Positions 37,242 to 46,081 of a DNA stretch of 62,394 nt are shown here, in pieces. The position numbers were made by a program, and so were the translations under genes. Where the stretch lies: the IMG/VR virus record IMGVR_UViG_3300036805_000178, positions 1 through 62,394 of that record. One strand, 5' to 3'. The notes under the pieces were generated by a model. That model searched no databases. It had not been told where the DNA came from and saw nothing but the letters and a program-made list of their open reading frames with translations. This stretch comes from a virus. Taxonomy: Duplodnaviria > Caudoviricetes. Numbering within the stretch: position 1 is the stretch's first letter; each line of letters starts with the position of its first letter.

Positions 37242-37461
37242 GCGTCGCGACTAGAAGAGGCGTCCATACCCAGCGAGCGTTCGCGGTATCCCCGGGGCAT
37301 ATGGCCTGAGCGAAACCATGAGGCATCAGACCATCATCCGTCACCTCGCTGTAGTGGCCGCAGGTAAGACACTGCATCTTCAGCACACCGGGACCGAGTC
37401 GCTCTCCGAGATAGGCGGTGAGCAGGTGGGTTATCGTCTGACGCTCCTGCTGGCCACTCAC
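37222..37461 (-). CDS. Small hypothetical protein
   Basis: GTGA coupling to the 37458 gene; CLTC. Confidence 0.4.
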   Translation of the reverse strand: MSGQQERQTITHLLTAYLGERLGPGVLKMQCLTCGHYSEVTDDGLMPHGFAQAICPGDTANARWVWTPLLVATPIVPTP

Positions 37462-37958
37462 TTGAGCGCCTTCCTCTCCCGTTCCCTCCGCTTGCGTACC
37501 CGCGCCGAGCACCGCTGCGAGCAGCACTCGGTATCCGACCGCCCGGCCTCGGTGCGGTAGAACTCCCGCCCGCAGCCGGGGCACGTTTTCAACGGCGGCA
37601 GCGGTGCGGAGCAGTCTGGGCACAGGCTCGCCTCTGCTCTGGCGGCCCGGGCCTGCCGCACCCCTTCCGCCTGAAGTTCACTCCAGTTCGGCGGTGGCCA
37701 ATGAAGGGGATCGTCCGGTGCCGGCGTAGCAAGGTTGTACACCGGCATTTCATCACGGATGGCCCCGGCTTCGGCAGTGAGTGCTGCCAGCCGCGTCGGG
37801 TGCCACTCCACGGTCTTCCGCTCTACCTCTGCCCACCACGGCTTGGACTTGCGGTGCTGCGCCCAGCGCGCTTCGGGATTCTTTGCCACGCCGATGTAAA
37901 GGGGCTGCTGGTCGTTCGCGCCGGCGTAGAGCCGGTATACGGCGGTCGGTACGTCCAC
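37458..37958 (-). CDS. GIY-YIG-like domain plus C-terminal Zn-finger
   Basis: AVYRLY...LYIGVA...RWAQH..SKPWW; CPGCG.EF...CCSQRC. Confidence 0.8.
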   Translation of the reverse strand: MDVPTAVYRLYAGANDQQPLYIGVAKNPEARWAQHRKSKPWWAEVERKTVEWHPTRLAALTAEAGAIRDEMPVYNLATPAPDDPLHWPPPNWSELQAEGVRQARAARAEASLCPDCSAPLPPLKTCPGCGREFYRTEAGRSDTECCSQRCSARVRKRRERERKALK

Positions 37959-37959
37959 G

Positions 37960-37987
37960 GATTCAAGTATACCTGTATACTTGAATC
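37960..37987. promoter_or_regulatory. Palindromic bidirectional promoter/operator
   Basis: GATTCAAGTATAC-CT-GTATACTTGAATC; TATACT on each strand 6-7 nt before each start codon. Confidence 0.8.
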
Positions 37988-38260
37988 ATGGCACGCCCAA
38001 AGACGCCTCAGGGCAGGCGCGTTACCATCTGCGCCAAGGTCAACGAAGCCGAGGCGGCCGCCATTGATCTGGCGCGCGGTGCCGAAGATCTCGGGACATG
38101 GCTGCGTCGCGTCGCTCTCGCGGCTGCCGAGCGGCAGCAGCCGCCTGGCGGTCACGCCGAGCGGCAAAACCAAGCGGGTGCGCAGGGCGACTGCCCGCAC
38201 CCGAAGGCGCGCATCACCAAGGGCCTGTGCAACGCCTGCGGAACCTACGTCGGGAAGTAG
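37988..38260 (+). CDS. RHH/MobC-like regulator with C-terminal Cys motif
   Basis: MARPK...VTICAKVNEAE...LGTWLRRVAL; CPH...CNAC. Confidence 0.7.
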   Translation: MARPKTPQGRRVTICAKVNEAEAAAIDLARGAEDLGTWLRRVALAAAERQQPPGGHAERQNQAGAQGDCPHPKARITKGLCNACGTYVGK

Positions 38261-38501
38261 CCGGAAGGCAAATAATCAAACACGCCCGAGAACACGTACG
38301 TCATCCGGCGGGCGGGCGGGCGAACCGCGAGGCAGTGCAAGACGTGCACGAAGGAGAACAGGACCAGGGGAGCGTGACCTAGCCCGTCCAGGCGCGCTAG
38401 CCTAGGGTCATGCACGTGCATCGGCACGCCGCAAACGCACGTGCATGACCGACTGGCGCCCTCGCGCGCCCTGGGCGACGGGCAGGAGGTGATGCAGGAA
38501 G

Positions 38502-40109
38502 ATGGCATCCGGCAACGCTAATATCATCGCCTTCCCAGATCTTCCGCCGAAGGGTTCTCCCGGCGGCAGCGGAAAGCGGACCCTGATGGGCCCTCAGATT
38601 GGTACCTCATTTGACATGGGGCAGCGCTTGTTCGCCTATTATTTACGGCGAGGGTGACGTCTTCGATTTAAAGAATACGGAGAAACAACTGCCCGGGATC
38701 TGAAATCCATGTTTTCCCGGAACGGCACTGCTTCCGCGCTTGAGTTGGTTCTGACGCTGCCAATTCGCGAGGCCGATTTCAGCATCGAGCCCAGCAAGGG
38801 AGACAAGGGAGAGTGCGATTTTGTGCGCAGTATTCTTCTGACTCCGGACTCGGAAGGCGGCATGCGCACGCCATTCACCACGCTTATTGGCCAGATTACT
38901 TCAGCGCAAATTTACAAGCGCGCTTTCTTTGAGAAGACTTTCAAACAAAGGCCGAGTGACGGCAAAATCGTTTATGACCAGGTCGCCTACCGGCCGCCCG
39001 CTACCTGCCAGGCCAGGTACAACGACAGGTCAGGGGAGCCGAACGGCTTCCGCCAGCAGGTCTGGCTGTTCGGCGGGAACCTGATGCTCACCAGCAAGCA
39101 GAAGGTTCCGGGATACGTTGATATCCCGAAGGTGCGTTCGTATATCTACACCCACGGCCAGCACCGTGAGCCTTTGACGGGCGTATCGGAAATGGAAGTC
39201 ACCTATTGGTGTCACCAGACGTCGATGAAGCTTATGTACCTCTGGCTCCATTTCCTTGAGAACATGGCTTTGCAGCGCCTTGTGGTGTACGGAAATGACC
39301 AGGGGCAGGCGACGCAGCGGGCCGATGACATTTCCCAGCTCCGCGGGTCCGGGGTGGTCGGTATTGAGCAGCCGGAGGCGGGCCAGAAGGCGTTCGAGGC
39401 TATTCCGGCGGATGCGAATGCGGGGCAGTTTTTCCAGTCGGCGCTGGCGTTTCTTCAGAGCTGGTCGATCAGCAGTGTCCTGGCCGGGTTCCTCGGCCTG
39501 GCGTCGGCGTCGACCGGCGGGAAGGGCGCGTACTCGCTCAGCCAGGATCAGAGCGACTTCTACCTGAAGTCCCGGCAGGGGGTGGCGAAGGAGATCGCGG
39601 AGTCGATTTCCTATGACGTGATCCGGCCGCTGGTGCTGCTGAATTTCGGGACGGGCGCGTCGTTCCCGCAGGCGAAGTTCGGGCCGTTGCAGGATGAGCA
39701 GGCGCAGCAGCTCCTGACGATGTTCTCCGCGATGAGCGCGGCCCCGGTGCTGCATGTTCCGCTCCAGGTGTTCGACCTGATCACGGAGCGGATGGCGTCG
39801 ATCCTGCAGCTTGACGTGGACCAGGTGCACGATGCGCTGGTGTCGACCGCGAGCCAGCGGGCGGAGCAGCTGGCGGGCAACCCGCCGCCGGGGATGCCCC
39901 CGGAGGCCGCGGCGGGACTGGGGCAGTTGCAGGGCCTTGCGCATGCGGGAACCGCGATCGCGCAGCAGGCGGCGGCGAAGCAGGCCGGCGGCGGTGTCCC
40001 GGCGGCGCAGGCGCCGCGCGGGCCTCGGATGACGATGCCCGCTGCGGGTCCGCCGAAGCCTCCGCCGGGCATGCCGATGGCCGGCGGGGTACCGGGGGCG
40101 GGCCAGTGA
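38502..40109 (+). CDS. Portal protein; 5' part interrupted by 4-nt and 8-nt coding gaps (uninterrupted ORF 38709-40109)
   Basis: Position between terL and MuF; LTLPIR, AFFEK, SVLAGFLGL..G.YSLS.DQSDF, IRPLVLLNFG; upstream ATG 38502 with SD is in frame but blocked by TGA 38655. Confidence 0.85.
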
Positions 40110-40399
40110 CGACGAAGAGGCCAGGTGCTGGGGCGCCCCGCGGCGTGCCATCGGCCAGGGTTGCCGACGCCGCGCCCGCACTGGGCAAGGCGGACGATGC
40201 GGTGATCGTGGTTGACCAGGCCGGGAACGCCCGCTGCTTCGACGCCGACGACTGGACCGTGACCGAGAGCGGCCACGCGGAGGTACTGAAGGACGGCAAG
40301 CGGGTTGCCTCATTCGCACCGGGTTACATCGCCGCCTACAGGAAGAGTGCCCGGCGCACTGACCTGCCCGGCCTGCCGACACTAGTGACGAGGTGGTGA
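40106..40399 (+). CDS. Hypothetical protein
   Basis: GTGA overlap. Confidence 0.55.
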   Translation: MTTKRPGAGAPRGVPSARVADAAPALGKADDAVIVVDQAGNARCFDADDWTVTESGHAEVLKDGKRVASFAPGYIAAYRKSARRTDLPGLPTLVTRW

Positions 40400-40403
40400 G
40401 CTA

Positions 40404-40733
40404 ATGGGTTTTCGCCCGAAGCGCGCGCCGCTGAAGCTGGACTTCGCGGGCACCGAGTACGCGGGACTGGAGATCACGATCCGGTCCGTGCCCATGTCGG
40501 TAATGCAGGACATCGCCGTCGCGGCCTCTTCCGGTGACCCGGCGGCGTTCCGTCATATCGCCGCGACGTTCGCCTACGCGCTGGAGTCGTGGAATGTCGA
40601 GGACGACGACGACCGCCCGGTTCCCGCCGACCTGGACGGCCTGATGAGCCAGGACCCCCGTTTCGTTGCCGCCGTGATCAAGGCGTGGACGGAAGCGATG
40701 TACGGGACGGCCGCCCCGGGGGCGGGCCAGTGA
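40404..40733 (+). CDS. Tail-assembly-chaperone-like protein (out of context)
   Basis: MGF....LKLDF....GLEI..RS...SWNVEDDD..PVPA.LDG...QD..F...I.AW. Confidence 0.55.
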   Translation: MGFRPKRAPLKLDFAGTEYAGLEITIRSVPMSVMQDIAVAASSGDPAAFRHIAATFAYALESWNVEDDDDRPVPADLDGLMSQDPRFVAAVIKAWTEAMYGTAAPGAGQ

Positions 40734-42441
40734 CCGAGTTCGACATCTACGCGGTCGGTCTCCTGCGTGACCTTCGCCGGCTGCGGGTCACGGGCGAGTG
40801 GGGCGGTCTCCGGTACGGCCTGCGGTACCTCGGGCGCCGGTGCCGGGACCGTAACTGGCGGGGCGCCCGGGGCTACTTCAGCGGCTACCTCGCTGAGCCG
40901 GAGCGGCTGTCCGCGGCGGAGTGGCACTGTGCCGGGCACGGGTGGACCCGCGGCGGCGCCGTCCGCAGCTTCTGGCGCCGCAACCGACCCGGAGGAGGTG
41001 CCGCGTGACGGTAACGACCCTTGAGGCTGCCGATCCGCCCTGTATCTGCAGTGTCATCGGCCGGATCATTCACGGCTGCCCCCGGCATGCGCCGGTGTAC
41101 GCCGCAACTAACGAGTCCATCCACGCAATGCTCACGAAGATCATCGAACAACAGGAGAAGATCATGGCAGCTCAGGACGACATCAACGCGGCCGCAACCG
41201 AAGACACGACCCTGCTGACCGACCTCACTGCGCAGGTTTCCGCCGTCTCCGCCGCGCAGACGGCGTTCGCCGCGGAGATCACCGCCCTGCAGGGCCAGGG
41301 TGTCGACACCTCGGGTCTCGTCGCAGCGAACGCCCAGCTCGCCGCGGCACAGGCGCCGCTCGACGCTGCCGTGTCCGCGCTGACCGCCGCCTCGGCCCCG
41401 GCCACGGGCACCAGCAACACCGGTACCCCCCCGGCCGCCCCGGCGAGCTAAGCCGGGACTCACCCCGGGCGGCGGGCGCAGCGCACGTGCCTGCCGCCCG
41501 GCCCTCGCTCCTCGCGCGCCTGTGCGCAGCAGCACCGTGCAGGCTCCACAATGGGGAGCACCGGGCGGGGGAAACATAAGAGAAGCTGGTGGTGTCCCGT
41601 GGCAAGCGTTAACCCGACCGATGACCTGATCTGGGAAGTGCAGGACCAGGTGTCGCGCGTGGAACGCAAGGTCAACTGGCTGGTGTCGCAGGCCGGGGGT
41701 GACCCCGAGGTGGTCGGCCGGCCGGACCGGCTCACCGCGGCGGAAGGGTTCCGGGCGGCGTGATGCGCGCACTGCTGCAGCCGCTGGCCGTCATCGCCGC
41801 CGCCACGGTCACCGACTGGGCGGTTTCCAGCGGATGGCATGCCGTCACGTGGGGTCTTGGCGCACTGTTCGGTCTCTTCCTCGGATTGAGCGTGCAGCAG
41901 AAGCGGCGGACGCGGTGATGCGCGTTACCGGTCTGCCGGAAACCGGCACCTGCCGGAACGGTGCGGCTAACGGTGCGGCTAACGGTGCCGAGAAGCGCAT
42001 GATCGTCGGCGCAGCGGCCGGGATGCTGCCGGCACGGCGGTCAAGATGAAGGCGCGGATCTGGAAAGACCGAAGCGGTCGCTGGTGGTACGACGTATGCG
42101 GCCACGGTCTGCGTTCGACCGGGCACCGCGACGCCTGGCAGGCAGCGCTGGCTGAGGCGCTGGACGACCTGAAGTGGATCGGTTCCCACCAGCACGCATG
42201 GCGGATGTAGCCGATGAGCCGCAAAGGTGACGACTGGACGGACGGCATCACGGTCGCGGCAATAGCCGCCCAGCTCAGCCCGCAGCAGGCAGCCCGGGTG
42301 AAGTACCAGGTGCTAGCGCTGCGCGCTTGCACCGACGCCGGGTCACTGGAGTACTCAGACCGGGTCATCGGAAACGATCCTGGTCATCGCTGGTTCTGCT
42401 TCTGCCTTGACGTGACCGCACGCCGCGAGGTGACCGCGTGA
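40730..42441 (+). other. Cluster of small hypothetical CDSs (40730-41008, 41005-41451 coiled coil, 41598-41763, 42214-42441 and others)
   Basis: Coupled overlaps and RBSs. Confidence 0.55.
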
Positions 42442-43148
42442 CGACCCCCGCTCAGCCGTCCCCGCCCGGCCAGCCGCCGCCCCAGCAGCCGCCGGGTGAC
42501 GGGCTCGGCAGCGCCGCGCTGGTCCTCGCGATCGGCGCGCTCCTCGCCGGGGGACTGGCCGCCGGGACCGCTGCCCTGTCCGTTACCGCCGCGATCGCCG
42601 TGCTGAAGGCCCGGTTCAGGCTGTCGCGTGCCGCCTGGCAGGCTCTCGGGGCGGTCCTCGGGATGGTCCTGGCGCATCCGCCGCCGCTCACCGGCGTCAT
42701 CGGGGACGCCTCCCGGCAGACGGCGAGCATGAACACGGCCCGCCGCGCCCAGTACGTCACCGCCGCATCCCGCCGGGTCATGGGCGCGGCCGTGGACGCA
42801 CGGGCGAAAGGCGAGCCGGTTATCGCCGCGGTTCAGGGCCAGATGGCAACGGAGCAGCGGTACTACTCGATGCACCAGGCGGCGATGTGGAACCGTGCCC
42901 GTGCCGCCGGGCAGACCGACATGGCCGCCGTCGAGCACGGGAACCTTCTGGGCTGGAATTCGGTTCTCGACAGCCGTACCAGCGCGGAATGCAGGAGCGC
43001 GGATGGGAAAAACTACTATGCGTCATCAATACCTGACATAGGGCTACCGGGTTCCGCGCACCCGGCGTGCCGGTGCTTCCCCTCGGCGCCGCACCCGGGC
43101 GGGAAGCTGCTGCCGAGCCGCGGCGTGCGGTTTGCGAGGGCGGCATGA
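42438..43148 (+). CDS. Head morphogenesis protein (MuF/SPP1 gp7-like)
   Basis: GWNSVLDSRTSAECRSADG...PG..HPACRC. Confidence 0.85.
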   Translation: MTTPAQPSPPGQPPPQQPPGDGLGSAALVLAIGALLAGGLAAGTAALSVTAAIAVLKARFRLSRAAWQALGAVLGMVLAHPPPLTGVIGDASRQTASMNTARRAQYVTAASRRVMGAAVDARAKGEPVIAAVQGQMATEQRYYSMHQAAMWNRARAAGQTDMAAVEHGNLLGWNSVLDSRTSAECRSADGKNYYASSIPDIGLPGSAHPACRCFPSAPHPGGKLLPSRGVRFARAA

Positions 43149-43420
43149 GCTTCATCGCGATCGACAACCCTGACTGCGTTATCGACTGGTTCGCCTGCTA
43201 CCCGGAAACTGAGCGAGCCCGGATGGCACGCGGCAGGTGCCCGCACGAATGCCCGCACAACATGACGGCCACCGTCGGCTGGGGGCCGGACCTGCGGCAC
43301 TACGAGCTGCACCGGTGCGACGTCAAGGACGGCTGCGCGGGCAACTGCCGGGGCTGGATGGCCGTCGACGCAGCCGGCCGTGAGCTGTACGGCGACATTA
43401 GGTGGAGGCTGCTGTCGTGA
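43145..43420 (+). CDS. Small Cys/His-rich protein
   Basis: ATGA overlap; CPHECPH, C...C.G.CRGW. Confidence 0.55.
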   Translation: MSFIAIDNPDCVIDWFACYPETERARMARGRCPHECPHNMTATVGWGPDLRHYELHRCDVKDGCAGNCRGWMAVDAAGRELYGDIRWRLLS

Positions 43421-43656
43421 AGGGCTGGACCCTTTCCGGGGAGCCGGTAGAGCTGCAGCAGTGGCAGGAGCTGGCCGTCATGGCGCTGCTCGGCTGGGAC
43501 GAGGGCGGTAGGACCGTCACCCTGATCTCCCGCGCCCGGGGCGAGGGGAAGTCGACGGTGCTCGCTACCGCAGGCCGTTACGCCCGTGCCCGGGCGAAGG
43601 GCATGCCGCTACGGGATGACCCGGTCCGCGGCCGCGGGCAGGAAGAGGACGAATGA
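43417..43656 (+). CDS. Short protein resembling a terminase ATPase N-terminal fragment
   Basis: LQQWQ...LISRARGEGKST. Confidence 0.5.
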   Translation: MKGWTLSGEPVELQQWQELAVMALLGWDEGGRTVTLISRARGEGKSTVLATAGRYARARAKGMPLRDDPVRGRGQEEDE

Positions 43657-43841
43657 GCGCCCGTGTCATCGCCGCGCTGCGCAGGCGCGCAGACGTGCTG
43701 GAAACTGACGCGGACACCCGGGCCGGCCTGTCCCGGCACATCACCACTATCTCGGCGGCAATGACGGTGAGTCCAGGGCTGCTGCAGTTCCTCGCCGCCG
43801 AGTTCCGCGAGTTGGCCGATGAAGCCGAAGGAGCGTCATGA
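43653..43841 (+). CDS. Hypothetical protein
   Basis: ATGA overlaps. Confidence 0.55.
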   Translation: MSARVIAALRRRADVLETDADTRAGLSRHITTISAAMTVSPGLLQFLAAEFRELADEAEGAS

Positions 43842-46081
43842 CCGCCGCCGCACCCGAAGCCCCGCCCGCATCCCGTTCCCGCCGGACGGTTCCGCTGACC
43901 CCGATGCGGGTCCAGGCGGCACAGTCGATGTCGAGGCTTGCCGACCACCTGCACCAGTCCGACCCGGGCCAGCCCGCGCACCAGCACGTCCGCGACGCGG
44001 CGAGGATGCTCCGGGCAGGGAACGAGGAAGCCGCGCAGCGGCACCTGCGGGCCGCCATTTTCTCCCTCACGCCCCAGTCGCTGATGCGGCAGGGCCTGCA
44101 CACCGACGACGCCCACAATGCCGCCAGGGGGGCTATGCATGGGGTGCACCGGCATCTCCTGCTGGTCAAGGACATCGCGGACACGGCGGAGAAGAACCGG
44201 GCGGCGATCCGCCGTGACTCCGGCGGCGACAACCCGGCGCCCCTGCCGCCGCGCCCCCCGGTGCAGCCGGACCCGAACGCCGGGTTCGGCCCGGGTGCGC
44301 TCGCCCAGAAACCGACTGTCCGCCAGCCCCCGGGGGACCGGGCGCTGAACGCCCCGCCGCGGACGAACAGCGGGGGCAGCGACCCGGCTGTTGCGGACCC
44401 GAACGGGCCGCAGCCGGCGGGAAGCAGGCAGTTCGCCTACGGATGGGACGACCTGGCAGCGGTCATTGAGCTGGCGAACCGCCCAAAAGTCATTGAACTG
44501 GTAGGCCCTCACGGATTTATCCATGACTGGATTTTTATCGGTGTCCCCGGGCCCGGCCAGGAAGTATCCCACCCGCAGCACGGGCACGGTGTCGTCACCA
44601 GCGCTGACAGCGGCCACGTCCAGGTGAGTTTCGACAGCGGGCACTCCGCGTCGTTCCCTGTCCGCGCGCAGCAGGGCCCCGGCCACTTCGAGCAGATGAC
44701 CGACGCCGAACTGGGAGAGGAGTACAACCGCAGCCAGGGAAGCCGTCTCAACGCCGTCGTCAGCGAACTGGACCGCCGCGACCAGCGTGACGAGGACACG
44801 GCAACCCAGGAGAAGGCCCGGCGGGTCAGTGCCCTGTACGCCGAGCAGCCGAAAACCGAAGCCGACCAGAACCGCGTGTACCAGGGGCTGGTAAACGAGG
44901 GCGAGAGCGCCGAGGACGCGTGGGCGCACACCCACGGCACTAATGCCGGGGCGATGGCGAGGCAGTCGGCGATCCAGCAGCTGCGCACGCAGGGTTACAC
45001 GGGCAGCGGTTTCGACGCGCTCACCCGCGCCGCGTACAAGGATGACATCCGCCGCCGCACCGTCATGGCGGAGAACGCCACCAACGGCTACATGCTCAGC
45101 CCGGCAGGCAAGAAGGCGGGCATTGAGCCGTACTCGCTGTTCACCGGGCCGGAGTCGAGAGCGAGGAAGTACGCCAGCCCCGAACTGAAGGAGTGGTTCG
45201 ACCAGAACGGGCGCCCGACTGCCGCGGATTTCCAGGCGCAGATGACGGGGCAGAAGACCGGCACCGGCCCGCGCGATTTTTACGCTTCGGTCACCTGGGA
45301 CGACCTTGCCCGGGTGGTCGAGCTGACCGGCGACGGCCACGGTAATCATGTAGCCGGTACACAGATGGTGTACGGCCACGGCTGGAGGCCGCTCTCGGGC
45401 TCTGCTGTCGGCAAGGATGGTATTCGCAGGCCGGGCGGCACGGGAGAACGGGGAAAGGCCGGCGGGATCTTCACTAACCCGCACCCGGCCAGCAAGCTCA
45501 CCGTCTCCTCCAATCCCAGGGCGGCGGCCGAGAACGCGCTCCGCGGGGACGCGGCCTACGGTCACGTGCCCGAGCCGGCCGGCAAGAAGGAGCAAGCCGC
45601 GGCGGACTATTACTCCGTAGCGAGCGGGAGACTCAACCCGGCACTGCGCAGCGGCACCAGGCTGACAGACAAGACCGACAGGATGCAGGTCCGCAACCTG
45701 GAGTCCGCGTTCGCTAAGGCACCCCCGACAACGCAGCACATTGTTGCCTACCGGGGCACCACCGGGGCACTGTTCGGCAAAGGGGACGCGACCGGCACCC
45801 AGTTCACCGACAAGGGCTTCACCAGCGTGTCAGCGGACCAGAAGCAGGCGGGCATGTTCGGTTCCGAGGCGGACCCGGCGCTGATGGAAATCCACGTCCC
45901 CGCCGGGAGCAGGGTCGTCAAGCCCGGCGCCGCCGGGCACTACAGCGAGGGTGACGACGCCGAGAAGGAACTGGTCCTCAACCACGGCGGCCGGTACGAG
46001 ATCACCAGCGACCAGATGGTCAGCGACCCGGAGCTAGGCCAGATCCGGAAACTGACCGCGACCTACAGGGGGTCAGCATGA
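43838..46081 (+). CDS. Multidomain head-associated protein with C-terminal VIP2-like ADP-ribosyltransferase
   Basis: YY...LNPALR, AYRG, GFTSVS, MEIHVPAGS, EKELVL (R-S-E triad). Confidence 0.85.
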   Translation: MTAAAPEAPPASRSRRTVPLTPMRVQAAQSMSRLADHLHQSDPGQPAHQHVRDAARMLRAGNEEAAQRHLRAAIFSLTPQSLMRQGLHTDDAHNAARGAMHGVHRHLLLVKDIADTAEKNRAAIRRDSGGDNPAPLPPRPPVQPDPNAGFGPGALAQKPTVRQPPGDRALNAPPRTNSGGSDPAVADPNGPQPAGSRQFAYGWDDLAAVIELANRPKVIELVGPHGFIHDWIFIGVPGPGQEVSHPQHGHGVVTSADSGHVQVSFDSGHSASFPVRAQQGPGHFEQMTDAELGEEYNRSQGSRLNAVVSELDRRDQRDEDTATQEKARRVSALYAEQPKTEADQNRVYQGLVNEGESAEDAWAHTHGTNAGAMARQSAIQQLRTQGYTGSGFDALTRAAYKDDIRRRTVMAENATNGYMLSPAGKKAGIEPYSLFTGPESRARKYASPELKEWFDQNGRPTAADFQAQMTGQKTGTGPRDFYASVTWDDLARVVELTGDGHGNHVAGTQMVYGHGWRPLSGSAVGKDGIRRPGGTGERGKAGGIFTNPHPASKLTVSSNPRAAAENALRGDAAYGHVPEPAGKKEQAAADYYSVASGRLNPALRSGTRLTDKTDRMQVRNLESAFAKAPPTTQHIVAYRGTTGALFGKGDATGTQFTDKGFTSVSADQKQAGMFGSEADPALMEIHVPAGSRVVKPGAAGHYSEGDDAEKELVLNHGGRYEITSDQMVSDPELGQIRKLTATYRGSA

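Noticed and set aside
38643-38675. TGA readthrough or genetic-code reassignment as the explanation for the portal interruption
   Set aside because: TGA ends many genes here, and the readthrough frame gives LRRG*RLRFKE with poor codons, whereas the shifted frame gives normal-codon YGEGDVFD
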